A stretch of DNA of 64,000 nt, from NCBI GenBank assembly GCA_044868695.1, contig JBIOWP010000107.1:4966-68965 (forward strand), read 5' to 3'. Source of the stretch: a bacterium (lineage in GTDB: Bacteria > Sysuimicrobiota > Sysuimicrobiia > Sysuimicrobiales > Kaftiobacteriaceae). Below the pieces are notes generated by a model that searched no databases, had not been told where the DNA came from, and saw only the letters and a list, made by a program, of their open reading frames with translations. The translations under genes were made by a program, and so were the position numbers. Shown here piece after piece: positions 36,634 through 45,066 of this stretch (position 1 is the first letter of the stretch; each line of letters starts with the position of its first letter).

Positions 36634-37842
36634 ATGGAGTTCGACCTGGCAGATCACCAGATCGCCGCGCAGCGTCTCGTGCGCGAGTTTGCGCACGGCG
36701 AGGTTGCCCCGCGGATCCGCGAGCTCGACCGCGCGCAGCAGTTCGACCGCTCGATCCTTCGCACGATGGGCGACCTGGGCATCCTCGGCCTGTGCGTCCC
36801 TGAGCGGTACGGCGGGGCAGGGATGGACTACGTGAGCCTCGGGCTGGCGTGCGAAGAGCTGGAATACGTCGATACCTCCCTGCGCGTGATCATGTCGGTG
36901 CACCTGGGGCTCAACAGCCTCAGCCTGCTATCGTGGGGGACGGAGGAGCAGCGGCGGCGGTTCCTCGTCCCGCAGGCGCGCGGGGAGAAGATTGCCGCCT
37001 ATGGGCTGACTGAGCCCGCGGCCGGCAGCGATGCCGTGGGGATTCAGGCGACGGCCGTGCGCGACGGCCGCCAGTACGTGCTCAACGGCGAGAAGACCTG
37101 GATGTCCCTGGCCGACATCGCCGATCACTTCCTGGTCTTCGCCTGGACCGACCCCGTCAAGCAGAAGCAGCGGGACCACGCCGGGCTCTCGGCGTTCGTC
37201 GTCACCCGCGACCTGAAAGGCGTCACCACCTCCACGCTTCACGGCAAGTTGGGCATCCGCGCCGGCAACACCGGATCCATCGTGATGGACGGCGTCCGCG
37301 TGAGCGAAGACCACCGCCTCGGTCAGGAGGGAGAAGGGTTCCGCATCGCCATGTTCGCGCTGGACCAGGGCCGGTACACGGTGGCGTCGGGCGCCGCGGG
37401 ATTGATCCGCGCCTGCCTGGACAGCAGCGTCCGCTACGCGCGGGACCGGCGTACGTTCGGGAAGCCGATCGGAGAGCACCAGCTGGTCAAGGAGATGATC
37501 GCCCGGATGACCCGGGACTATGAGGTCAGCCGCCTGCTGTACCTGCGCGCCGGGTGGATGAAGAACCGGGGTCTGCGCAACACGCGTGAGACGTCACTGG
37601 CCAAGTGGTACGCGACGGTAGCGTCGGAGCAGGCGGCCGGGGACGCGGTGGAAGTCCACGGTGCGTATGGCTATTCGGACGAATACCCGGTCGAACGGTT
37701 CTACCGCAATGCGAAGGGCGCGGTCATTTATGAGGGCACTCGCGAAATCCACACCCTGCTGCAGGCCGACTACGCGCTGGGACTCCGGGAGGACCGGTCC
37801 ACCCGCGTGACGCTGCCCGCATGGCCGTTTGAATCCAAATGA
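36634..37842 (+). CDS. Acyl-CoA dehydrogenase
   Basis: [48 protein letters not shown]. Confidence 0.93.
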   Translation: MEFDLADHQIAAQRLVREFAHGEVAPRIRELDRAQQFDRSILRTMGDLGILGLCVPERYGGAGMDYVSLGLACEELEYVDTSLRVIMSVHLGLNSLSLLSWGTEEQRRRFLVPQARGEKIAAYGLTEPAAGSDAVGIQATAVRDGRQYVLNGEKTWMSLADIADHFLVFAWTDPVKQKQRDHAGLSAFVVTRDLKGVTTSTLHGKLGIRAGNTGSIVMDGVRVSEDHRLGQEGEGFRIAMFALDQGRYTVASGAAGLIRACLDSSVRYARDRRTFGKPIGEHQLVKEMIARMTRDYEVSRLLYLRAGWMKNRGLRNTRETSLAKWYATVASEQAAGDAVEVHGAYGYSDEYPVERFYRNAKGAVIYEGTREIHTLLQADYALGLREDRSTRVTLPAWPFESK

Positions 37843-38882
37843 CGGCGCCCTTCGAATGCGAAGTCCGGTTTCTCATCGACGACATTCACGCGTTTCGCCA
37901 GCGCATCGCCGCACTCGGCGGCCGCGCGCGTTTTGAGTACGCGTTCACCGATCACTACTTCCGCGCCGGCGGCGGCGCGTCCGATCCCCGAGCGCGGGCC
38001 CTGCGCATCCGGGAACACCACCGGCCGGCCCAGCCGTGCGAGATCCTGCTCACCTGGATCGACCTCGTGCAGGTCAGCGGGATGTCGTTCAAGCGCTCGA
38101 GATTTCCGGAGGGGAAGGTCCGCCTGTACACCGGTACGCTAGAGGAATGCCGGGCCGTGATGGGCGGGCTGGGCTACGAATCCTGGCTGGTGGTGCACAA
38201 GACCGCGGGTGCGCTCTATGAGATCCCAGGTCTCGGCGAGCTGGTGGCCGAGCAGGTGGACGGCGTGGGCTGGATGTGCGAGGTCGAAGTCGCGGGGGAG
38301 GACCCGGCGGCTGCCGCCCGGGCGATCCGGCGGAAGCTGGAGGCACTGGCGGTGCCCCCGGAAACGGTCATGTCCGAACCGCTGGCCGCGGTCGTGGCCG
38401 CGCGCGCCCGGCCGGCGGCGCAGCGGGTGTACTTCTGCGGGGCAATCCGCGGCGGCCGGTCGCTGCAGCCCCTCTACGCCTCGCTTGTCGGTGCCCTCCA
38501 GCGGTGGGGCTACCTGGTATTGACCACGCACGTGGCCGCGCCCGATGTGCTCGAGCAGGAGTGGCGCCCGGATGTGCGCGCGTCGGATATCTATGAACGC
38601 GACATGCAGTGGCTGTCGGAGTGCGACTTCGTCGTCGCGGAAGTCTCCGTCCCGTCGCTGGGGGTCGGCGTCGAGATCGCCACCGCGCAGCAGTTGGGGA
38701 AGCCGGTCTTCTGTCTGTGCCGGACCGATGTGGCCCTGTCGGCGCTGATCGAGGGCAACACTGCGCTGCGGGTGATCCGCTATGGAGATGAAGCAGAGTT
38801 GATGGATCTTCTCGAGAGGGAACTCCGGGACCGGGGACCGGGGACCGGGGACCAGAACTTGGCACGGAGATCGGCGCGCTGA
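37839..38882 (+). CDS. Fusion of CYTH (TTM) domain and DNPH1/Rcl-type 2'-deoxynucleoside 5'-monophosphate N-hydrolase domain
   Basis: N-half: ECEVR (ExExK-like), DHYF, LRIR, GVGWMCEVE. C-half: VYFCGAIRGGR, LTTHV, IYERDMQWL..CD.VVAEVS.PSLGVGVEI. Confidence 0.85.
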   Translation: MTAPFECEVRFLIDDIHAFRQRIAALGGRARFEYAFTDHYFRAGGGASDPRARALRIREHHRPAQPCEILLTWIDLVQVSGMSFKRSRFPEGKVRLYTGTLEECRAVMGGLGYESWLVVHKTAGALYEIPGLGELVAEQVDGVGWMCEVEVAGEDPAAAARAIRRKLEALAVPPETVMSEPLAAVVAARARPAAQRVYFCGAIRGGRSLQPLYASLVGALQRWGYLVLTTHVAAPDVLEQEWRPDVRASDIYERDMQWLSECDFVVAEVSVPSLGVGVEIATAQQLGKPVFCLCRTDVALSALIEGNTALRVIRYGDEAELMDLLERELRDRGPGTGDQNLARRSAR

Positions 38883-38931
38883 GGGGAAAATCGATGCACT
38901 CACGGGTCCCTGGTCCCTGGTCCCAGGTCCC
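38827..38931. repeat. Inverted pair of GGGACCN heptamer arrays (copy 2), overlapping the 3' end of the CYTH-Rcl gene
   Basis: GGGACCG x3-GGGACCA at 38827; GGGTCCC-TGGTCCC x2-AGGTCCC ending 38931. Confidence 0.85.
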
Positions 38932-38942
38932 GTAGCTGGAGG

Positions 38943-40655
38943 TTGTGCGTGCTGCCGTGGGAGCGTCTGCGCGACAAGCTCCTCGCCCTGGAGGGCAAAC
39001 CATTTCAGGCGTACCAGGGACTCGAGGGCGCCTACCGCTTCGACCGTTTCACACTGCACCTGGAACGCATCACCGTTGAGCCCCCGGGTGTCCCGTCGCC
39101 GCTGCGCGTGCGCGTCGATCAGGCTGAAGCGCGGTTCCCGCCCTCGATGTGGGCGACGCCGGCGGGGAAGATCGCCTTGGAAGATTTCGCGGCCCGGCGG
39201 TGGCTGGATGCCATCCGCAAAGTTGCCCGCGCCCGCGGCGGCCGGCCGGGGTTCACCATCGATGTCGGCGGCCAGCAGATTCTGGAGCGCACGGCGTGCC
39301 GGATCGGCGAGGAGTACGTGGAGATCCGCGGCGCGCTGTTCCTTCCCTCTGAGGGCCGCAAGGTCGCGGCGAAAGCCGCGCAGACGGTCTTCTTCGAAGA
39401 CCTCCCCCAGCTGGTCGATGCCGCGCTGATCTTCCCGAACCTCAACCCCGCGGCTGCGCAGCGCCAGCAGGAAGTGGCCGAAGATGCCGACGCCCTGCGC
39501 GTCGCCCTGACCTCCCGGTCTCTGGTGACCTTCCTCGCCGATGGGGCCGTGCTGCCGCGCGAGGGCGGTTCTGACCGGCCGGTGCTGTCCCGGTTGGTGC
39601 CGCTGCAGGCGCCGCCCGAGCTGAAGGTGACGGTGGACCTCCCTCACCGCGGGGCCGTGGCCGGCATGGGGATTCCCCGCGGGGTCACGGTCATCATCGG
39701 GAACACGTTTTCCGGGCGCAGCACCCTGCTGCGCGCGATCGCGTCCTCCGTCTACATGCACGTCCCCGGCGATGGGCGCGAATTCTGCGCGACGGTCCCG
39801 GATGCGGTCCTGGTACGGGTCGAGGAAGGCCGGCGTGTGGAAGCGGTAAATCTCGCCCCGTTCCTCCACGAACTGCCCGGCGGGGAAGATCCCGCCCGCT
39901 GCAGGCAGGAGCATGCCGGCGACGTCGTGTCGCAGGCCGCCGGCATCATTGAGGCGCTGGAGGCGGGGTGCTCGCTCCTGCTGATTGACGAAGACACGTC
40001 GGCCCCAGGGCTGCTCGCCCGCGATCCGCTATGGCGGCAGCTTGCTCCGGAGGCGCGCCAGCCTGTGACCTCCCTCGCCGAGGCGGTGCGGCCGTTGTAC
40101 GAGGAGCACGGCGTGTCGACCATCCTGGTGTCCAGCCGCGGCGCGGAGTATGTGCCCGTCGCCGACACGGTCATCGCCCTGGAGTCCTTCCGGCCCCGCG
40201 TCGCCACCGCTGAGGCCCGCCACGCGGTGGCACCGCACGCGGGCGTGCGCGCGGATGGGAAAGGCCGGTTCGGCGGAGTGCACCACCGCGTCCCGCTGCC
40301 GGAGAGCCTAGCGTCGTTGAGGGGCCGCAAGATGCGCAGTGAGCCGCACGGCGGTCACACCCCGCGCGGCATGATCCTTGGACGTGACGGCGTGGACCTG
40401 TCGGCCGCTGAACAGCTGATTGATCCCGCGCAGGCTCGGGCGATTGCCGCGGCGCTGGTCTTTGCCGCCGACCGCGGGCTCGCGGACGGGATGCGCACCC
40501 TCCGGGAGATCCTCGGGTCAATCGAGTTGGACATCGCCCAGCACGGCCTCGAGGTCCTGGTGCCCGACGCCGTGCCCGGCGACCTGGCCCTGCCTCGCCG
40601 GCAGGAACTCGCGGCGGCGTTCAACCGGCTGCGCACCTTGCACGTGAAAACCTAA
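38943..40655 (+). CDS. Uncharacterised ABC-class ATPase domain protein (COG3044-like), degenerate Walker A
   Basis: [55 protein letters not shown]...EQL; Walker A reads GNTFSGRST. Confidence 0.85.
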   Translation: MCVLPWERLRDKLLALEGKPFQAYQGLEGAYRFDRFTLHLERITVEPPGVPSPLRVRVDQAEARFPPSMWATPAGKIALEDFAARRWLDAIRKVARARGGRPGFTIDVGGQQILERTACRIGEEYVEIRGALFLPSEGRKVAAKAAQTVFFEDLPQLVDAALIFPNLNPAAAQRQQEVAEDADALRVALTSRSLVTFLADGAVLPREGGSDRPVLSRLVPLQAPPELKVTVDLPHRGAVAGMGIPRGVTVIIGNTFSGRSTLLRAIASSVYMHVPGDGREFCATVPDAVLVRVEEGRRVEAVNLAPFLHELPGGEDPARCRQEHAGDVVSQAAGIIEALEAGCSLLLIDEDTSAPGLLARDPLWRQLAPEARQPVTSLAEAVRPLYEEHGVSTILVSSRGAEYVPVADTVIALESFRPRVATAEARHAVAPHAGVRADGKGRFGGVHHRVPLPESLASLRGRKMRSEPHGGHTPRGMILGRDGVDLSAAEQLIDPAQARAIAAALVFAADRGLADGMRTLREILGSIELDIAQHGLEVLVPDAVPGDLALPRRQELAAAFNRLRTLHVKT

Positions 40656-40740
40656 GTCCCGTCGTGTACCGCAGGCAGGAATTGCGTTGCTCGGCGCGAA
40701 TCGCGCGAGAACCCAGCGAAGCTCGTGGAGGCGACAGACC

Positions 40741-42099
40741 ATGGAGAGCGTGAAGTACCTGCTTGACGAATCGCAGATTCCCAAATCCTGGTACAACATC
40801 TGCTCGGATCTGCCCGTGCCGCTTCCGCCGGTGCTGCATCCGGGCACCAAGCAGCCGGTGGGCCCGGACGATCTCGCGCCGCTGTTCCCGATGGACCTGA
40901 TCCTGCAGGAGGTCAGCACTGAGCGCGAGATCCCCATCCCCGAGCCGGTGCGCGAGGTGTACAAGTTGTGGCGGCCCACGCCGCTGCATCGCGCACGGCG
41001 GCTCGAACGGGCGCTCGACACCCCGGCGCACATCTACTACAAGTACGAAGGCACCAGCCCGGCCGGTAGTCATAAGCCGAACACCGCGGTCGCGCAGGCG
41101 TTCTACAACAAACAGGCGGGCGTGCGGCGGCTGAGCACGGAGACCGGAGCCGGACAGTGGGGCAGCGCGCTGGCGCTGGCCTGCCGGATGTTCGGGCTCG
41201 AGTGCACCGTGTACATGGTCAAGGTGAGCTACGACCAGAAGCCGTACCGCAAGACCATGATGCAGACCTGGGGCGCTGAAGTCATCCCCAGCCCGAGTTC
41301 CCGTACCAACGCCGGCCGCGCCATCGCGGCCAAAGACCCGCGCTCGCCGGGCAGCCTGGGCATCGCCATCAGCGAGGCCGTCGAGGACGCCGCGACGCAC
41401 GATGACACGAAGTACTCTCTGGGCAGTGTCCTCAACCACGTCCTCCTACACCAGACCGTCATCGGGGTGGAAGCCCGCAAGCAGATGGAGATGGCCGGCG
41501 AGTATCCCGATGTTGTCATCGGGTGCATCGGGGGCGGGAGCAACATGTCGGGGCTCACGTTCCCGTTCCTGGCCGACAAGTTCAAGGGCAAGAAAGTGCG
41601 GATCGTGGCGGTGGAGCCCGAGGCGTGCCCGTCGCTGACCCGCGGCCGGTACCTCTATGACTTTGGGGACACTGCGGCAACCACGCCACTCATCAAGATG
41701 TACACGCTCGGCCACAGTTTTGTGCCGCCGGCGATCCACGCGGGTGGGCTGCGCTACCACGGCGATGCGCCCCTCGCCTGCCTGCTGTATCATCACAAGT
41801 ACATCGAGGCCGCCGCCTACTCGCAGCGGTCCGTCTTTGAAGCCGCGGTGCAGTTCGCGCAGACCGAGGGGATCATTCCGGCGCCGGAATCCGCGCACGC
41901 GATCCGCAAGGCCGTCGATGAGGCGCTCCAGTGCAAGCGCGACGGCACGGCCCGGGTGATCCTGTTCAATCTCAGCGGACACGGGCACTTTGACCTGAAG
42001 GCCTACGAGGATTTCCTGGCCGGCAGGCTGGAGGACTTCGTCTACCCGCAGCAGCAGGTGGAGCAGGCGATGAAGGAACTGGCGGCGATTCAGCCCTAG
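40741..42099 (+). CDS. trpB2: TrpB2-type tryptophan synthase beta-like PLP enzyme (stand-alone)
   Basis: [29 protein letters not shown] (PLP Lys), [21 protein letters not shown]; no trpA adjacent. Confidence 0.93.
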   Translation: MESVKYLLDESQIPKSWYNICSDLPVPLPPVLHPGTKQPVGPDDLAPLFPMDLILQEVSTEREIPIPEPVREVYKLWRPTPLHRARRLERALDTPAHIYYKYEGTSPAGSHKPNTAVAQAFYNKQAGVRRLSTETGAGQWGSALALACRMFGLECTVYMVKVSYDQKPYRKTMMQTWGAEVIPSPSSRTNAGRAIAAKDPRSPGSLGIAISEAVEDAATHDDTKYSLGSVLNHVLLHQTVIGVEARKQMEMAGEYPDVVIGCIGGGSNMSGLTFPFLADKFKGKKVRIVAVEPEACPSLTRGRYLYDFGDTAATTPLIKMYTLGHSFVPPAIHAGGLRYHGDAPLACLLYHHKYIEAAAYSQRSVFEAAVQFAQTEGIIPAPESAHAIRKAVDEALQCKRDGTARVILFNLSGHGHFDLKAYEDFLAGRLEDFVYPQQQVEQAMKELAAIQP

Positions 42100-42110
42100 C
42101 CGAATTCTTA

Positions 42111-42124
42111 TTGACGGAGGTCAA
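42111..42124. promoter_or_regulatory. Palindromic operator-like site TTGAC-N4-GTCAA overlapping a -35 element upstream of the FTR1 gene
   Basis: TTGACGGAGGTCAA, perfect 5-bp inverted arms in an AT-richer intergenic patch. Confidence 0.5.
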
Positions 42125-42180
42125 GAATTACGGTAGCCTAGGGCGCGGGTTTCACTCCGCAACACCTTGGGGAGGGGCGC

Positions 42181-43011
42181 ATGGCGGCATCGTTGTTGAT
42201 CACCCTGCGAGAGGGGCTCGAAGCCGCTCTCATCGTGGGGATCATTCTCGCGTATCTGGCAAAGACCGGGAACCGGGACAAGTCAAGGATGGTCTGGCTC
42301 GGCACCGGCCTCGCCGTCGTCATGAGCATCGTCGCCGGGGCCGGCATCTTCTTCAGTGCCGGTGGGCTCGCGGGCCGGGCGGAGGCGATGTTCGAGGGTA
42401 CGGCGATGCTGACCGCCGCCGGGGTCCTGACCTACATGATCTTCTGGATGCGCCGGCAGGCGATCAACATCCGCGCCCACCTGCAGTCGCAGGTCAACAT
42501 GGCGCTGGAGACTGGATCGCTCGGGGCGCTGGCGTTCCTGGCGTTCGTGGCGGTGGGGCGCGAAGGCATCGAGACGGCGCTGTTCATGTTCGCGGCCGTC
42601 CGGACCGCAACCCCGATGGCGGCCACAGTCGGTGGGCTGTTGGGTTTGTTGGCGGCGTTTGTGTTGGGATATCTCCTCTATCGAGGCACATACCGCCTCA
42701 ACCTGCGCGCGTTCTTCAACGTCACCAGCATCCTGCTGCTGCTGTTCGCGGCGGGTCTGCTGGCCCACGGCACCCATGAGTTCCACGAGGCGGCTGTCAT
42801 TCCGCCGATCATCGAGCACGTGTGGGACACGAACTCGGTACTCCACGAAGCCTCACCGCTCGGGAGCCTGCTGAAGGCCGTCTTCGGCTACAACGGCAAC
42901 CCCTCGCTGGTGGAGGTTCTGGTCTACGCGGCCTACCTGGTCCTCGTCGGCTGGGCATACTTCCGGCCGCCCACCCCAAAGGAGCTGGCTCCGGAACGCG
43001 CGAAAGCCTGA
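42181..43011 (+). CDS. FTR1/EfeU family iron permease
   Basis: Two RExxE motifs (LREGLEA, REGIET), 7 predicted TM segments, FGYNGNPS. Confidence 0.92.
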   Translation: MAASLLITLREGLEAALIVGIILAYLAKTGNRDKSRMVWLGTGLAVVMSIVAGAGIFFSAGGLAGRAEAMFEGTAMLTAAGVLTYMIFWMRRQAINIRAHLQSQVNMALETGSLGALAFLAFVAVGREGIETALFMFAAVRTATPMAATVGGLLGLLAAFVLGYLLYRGTYRLNLRAFFNVTSILLLLFAAGLLAHGTHEFHEAAVIPPIIEHVWDTNSVLHEASPLGSLLKAVFGYNGNPSLVEVLVYAAYLVLVGWAYFRPPTPKELAPERAKA

Positions 43012-43017
43012 CACGGC

Positions 43018-43308
43018 ATGCGTACAGCTCACGGACTGGACTTGAGGTCGCTCGCGCTCAGCCTCGTCGCCTCCTGGTGATGACTGGTCGCCCCCGTGGT
43101 GAGCCTCCTCGGGTTAGGAGGCGCGACGCTGCAGGTTTTCTTTGAGTCGGCCAGGCCGTATCTGCTGGTCCTGACCGGATTCTCGCTGGCCTATTCGTTC
43201 TACCTCGTGTATCGCCGGCCGTTTCGCCCCCGACCCGCCGTCGCGCGACTGTGGATCACGACTGTAGTATCCGTCATCCTCGTGTCCATTCCGTTCTTCC
43301 GGGACTGA
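43018..43308 (+). CDS. MerT-like small membrane protein with two in-frame TGA codons at the CC metal-binding motif: candidate tandem-selenocysteine (UU) protein, 96 aa
   Basis: MRTAHGLDLRSLALSLVASW-TGA-TGA-LVAPVVSLLGLGGATLQVFFESARPYLLVLTGFSLAYSFYLVYRR...; aligns by eye with the MerT pattern ASxCC..P....LG..G.......PY; starts 6 nt after the FTR1 stop; SECIS-like hairpin follows. Confidence 0.72.
43087..43127 (+). other. Candidate bacterial SECIS element
   Basis: Upper stem GCCTCCT (43103-09)/AGGAGGC (43116-22), loop CGGGTT; lower stem GTCGC (43087-91)/GCGAC (43123-27); apical loop 26 nt after the second TGA. Confidence 0.6.
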
Positions 43309-43385
43309 CCCGCGGTCCACCCCTTCACAGTTTTCGCGGTTTCCACCAATGGCGTAAGACGAGCCTGACATAGGAGAGTACTGCC

Positions 43386-43442
43386 AAAGAAGGAGGGGAC
43401 TGTCCCCTCCTTGCAATAGCCCATATTGGTCATTGATGGGTG
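43386..43442. repeat. Dispersed ~57-bp element with GGAGGGGAC-T-GTCCCCTCC palindrome (copy 2)
   Basis: Shares a 26-nt identical core plus downstream similarity with 29734-29790. Confidence 0.8.
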
Positions 43443-43459
43443 ATTTGTTTGGGTCATCT

Positions 43460-44286
43460 GTGACGACTGAAGAGATCATGTCGCTCGCGCTGGAGATGTC
43501 CGGGTTTCTCCGGATTCCGGAGGATTCCGCCATTTTCGTCCCAGGCAAGGGCATCCAGAAGGTGCTCTTCGGTGTGGACGTCGGGGCGGCGGAGCTGCAG
43601 ATGGCGAAAGCGCTGGGTGTCGACCTGGTGATCGCCCACCACCCGCCCGCCACGGGCACCGACACCTGGAAGATCTTCCTGCGGCACGTCGAGTTTATGA
43701 CCGCTGCCGGGGTGCCCGAGGACGCGGCGCTGGCGGCCGTGGCGGAGAAAATCGAAGGGCTGAAGCTTCGCGGGCAGGTCGCCAACTACGACCACGTGCC
43801 CTCGGCCGCGAAATTGATTGGCATCCCGTTCATGAACATCCACGCGCCGCTCGATGAACTGGGCCGGCGGCGCCTGCGCGAGCAGGTGGACGGCGTGCTG
43901 GCCCGGGGCCGGGCCACGGCCGGAGATCTGGTGGACGCGCTCGCCGCGCTTCCCGAGATGCGCGCCGCGCCGACCACCGTCCAGGCGGTCCTCGGCGACG
44001 CGGCCGACCCCGTGCGCCGCGTCGTCGTGGGCCACGGCGCCTATACGAACGGCGGCTATCCGGTCGCCCGGGCGTGCTTCGCGCACGGGGTAGACGCCGT
44101 CGTGTACATACACATCGACTTCGCGGAACTCCAGCACCTCCGGGCCGAGCGCCGCGGTAACCTCATCGTTGCGGCCATCTGGCCGGCGATTCGCTGGGTT
44201 TTACCCCCTTTCTTCGCGAGCTCCGGAAGCGCGGACTGGACGTGATGACCTTCAGCGGCGTGATTGAACCAGTCCCCAGTCCCTAG
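43460..44286 (+). pseudogene. NIF3-like dinuclear-metal protein homologue with an apparent single-base frameshift near 44172
   Basis: GVDVG, DLVIAHHP, MNIHAPLDELG, VYIH. Adding one G at GCGGCCATC restores a natural-looking tail NLIVAGHLAGDSLGFTPFLRELRKRGLDVMTFSGVIEP ending TAG at 44286. Could be a sequencing error. Confidence 0.65.
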
Positions 44287-44298
44287 TCCCAAGTCCCT
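44271..44298. repeat. Heptamer tandem array AGTCCCN x4 (unpaired, GGGACT variant on minus strand)
   Basis: AGTCCCC-AGTCCCT-AGTCCCA-AGTCCCT. Confidence 0.8.
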
Positions 44299-44353
44299 GC
44301 CTGATGGTCCCGTCACTAGGCACTAGTTGCCCGTCACTGCTAGAATCGTTGTA

Positions 44354-45064
44354 ATGCCTCCCACAGGCTGGCTTCTCGACCTCCGCGACGGCCCCACGCC
44401 GTATCCGGACGCCTGGGCGCTGCAGAAGGCGCTGGTGACCGCGCGCCAGCTCGGACAAATCACCGACGGCCTTGTGCTCCTGGAGCACGAACCCGTGTTT
44501 ACCGCTGGCCGCTCCGCGCGGGCCGAACACCTCCTGTTCCCCAGGGAGGCGCTGGCCGCGCGGGGTTTCGGGGTGTACGACATCGAACGCGGCGGCAGCG
44601 TCACCTACCACGGGCCGGGCCAGCTGGTCGGGTATCCCATCCTCGATCTGCGCGCCTACAGCGATGACGTCGTACAGTACGTGCGGTCATTGGAAGACAC
44701 GGTCATCCGGACCCTCGCGGGCTTCGGCATTGCCGCGCAGCGTGTCCGAGGGTACCCGGGAGTCTGGGTGGGCGATGAGAAGATCGGCGCGGTGGGCGTG
44801 GCCGTCAAGCGCAAGGTGACGATGCACGGGTTTGCGCTGAATGTAGATCCGGACCTGCAGCACTTTGCCTACATCAATCCCTGCGGCCTCGGGCGGCCGG
44901 TGACGTCGCTGGCGCGTGTCCTCGGGCGCCCGGTCACGGTGGACGAGGTGCGGGAGGTCTACACGTGCCGGTTCACCGACGTCTTCGGTCTGTCCCTCGC
45001 CCCCATTTCCCGCGGCGAGCTCGAGCGGTCCCTGGCAATCTCCGCTGTTCCCGTGCGCGCGTGA
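44354..45064 (+). CDS. lipB: Lipoyl(octanoyl) transferase
   Basis: LLEHEPVFTAGR, ERGGSVTYHGPGQLVGYPI, GVW, KIGAVG, MHGFALN, INPCG; TAGAAT 7 nt before the ATG. Confidence 0.95.
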   Translation: MPPTGWLLDLRDGPTPYPDAWALQKALVTARQLGQITDGLVLLEHEPVFTAGRSARAEHLLFPREALAARGFGVYDIERGGSVTYHGPGQLVGYPILDLRAYSDDVVQYVRSLEDTVIRTLAGFGIAAQRVRGYPGVWVGDEKIGAVGVAVKRKVTMHGFALNVDPDLQHFAYINPCGLGRPVTSLARVLGRPVTVDEVREVYTCRFTDVFGLSLAPISRGELERSLAISAVPVRA

Positions 45065-45066
45065 CC

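Noticed and set aside
42128-42146. DtxR/IdeR box upstream of the FTR1 gene
   Set aside because: TTACGGTAGCCTAGGGCGC matches 11 of 19 consensus positions and the right arm is absent.
43078-43083. TGA reassigned genome-wide (Trp/Gly/Cys) as explanation for the MerT-like read-through
   Set aside because: Many clear genes in the window end in TGA, often in ATGA/GTGA overlaps, so TGA is a normal stop here.
43311-43347. c-di-GMP-II riboswitch-like AAACTGTGAAG on the minus strand
   Set aside because: No GGGCAC/GTGC pseudoknot pair or downstream gene on that strand; only an imperfect direct repeat CGCGGT(TT)CCACC is present.
44243-44248. Second TGA-TGA pair, at the end of the NIF3-like ORF, as possible selenocysteines
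   Set aside because: It falls in the shifted frame after the apparent indel; in the restored frame these bases encode Val-Met-Thr, and there is no Cys-motif context.
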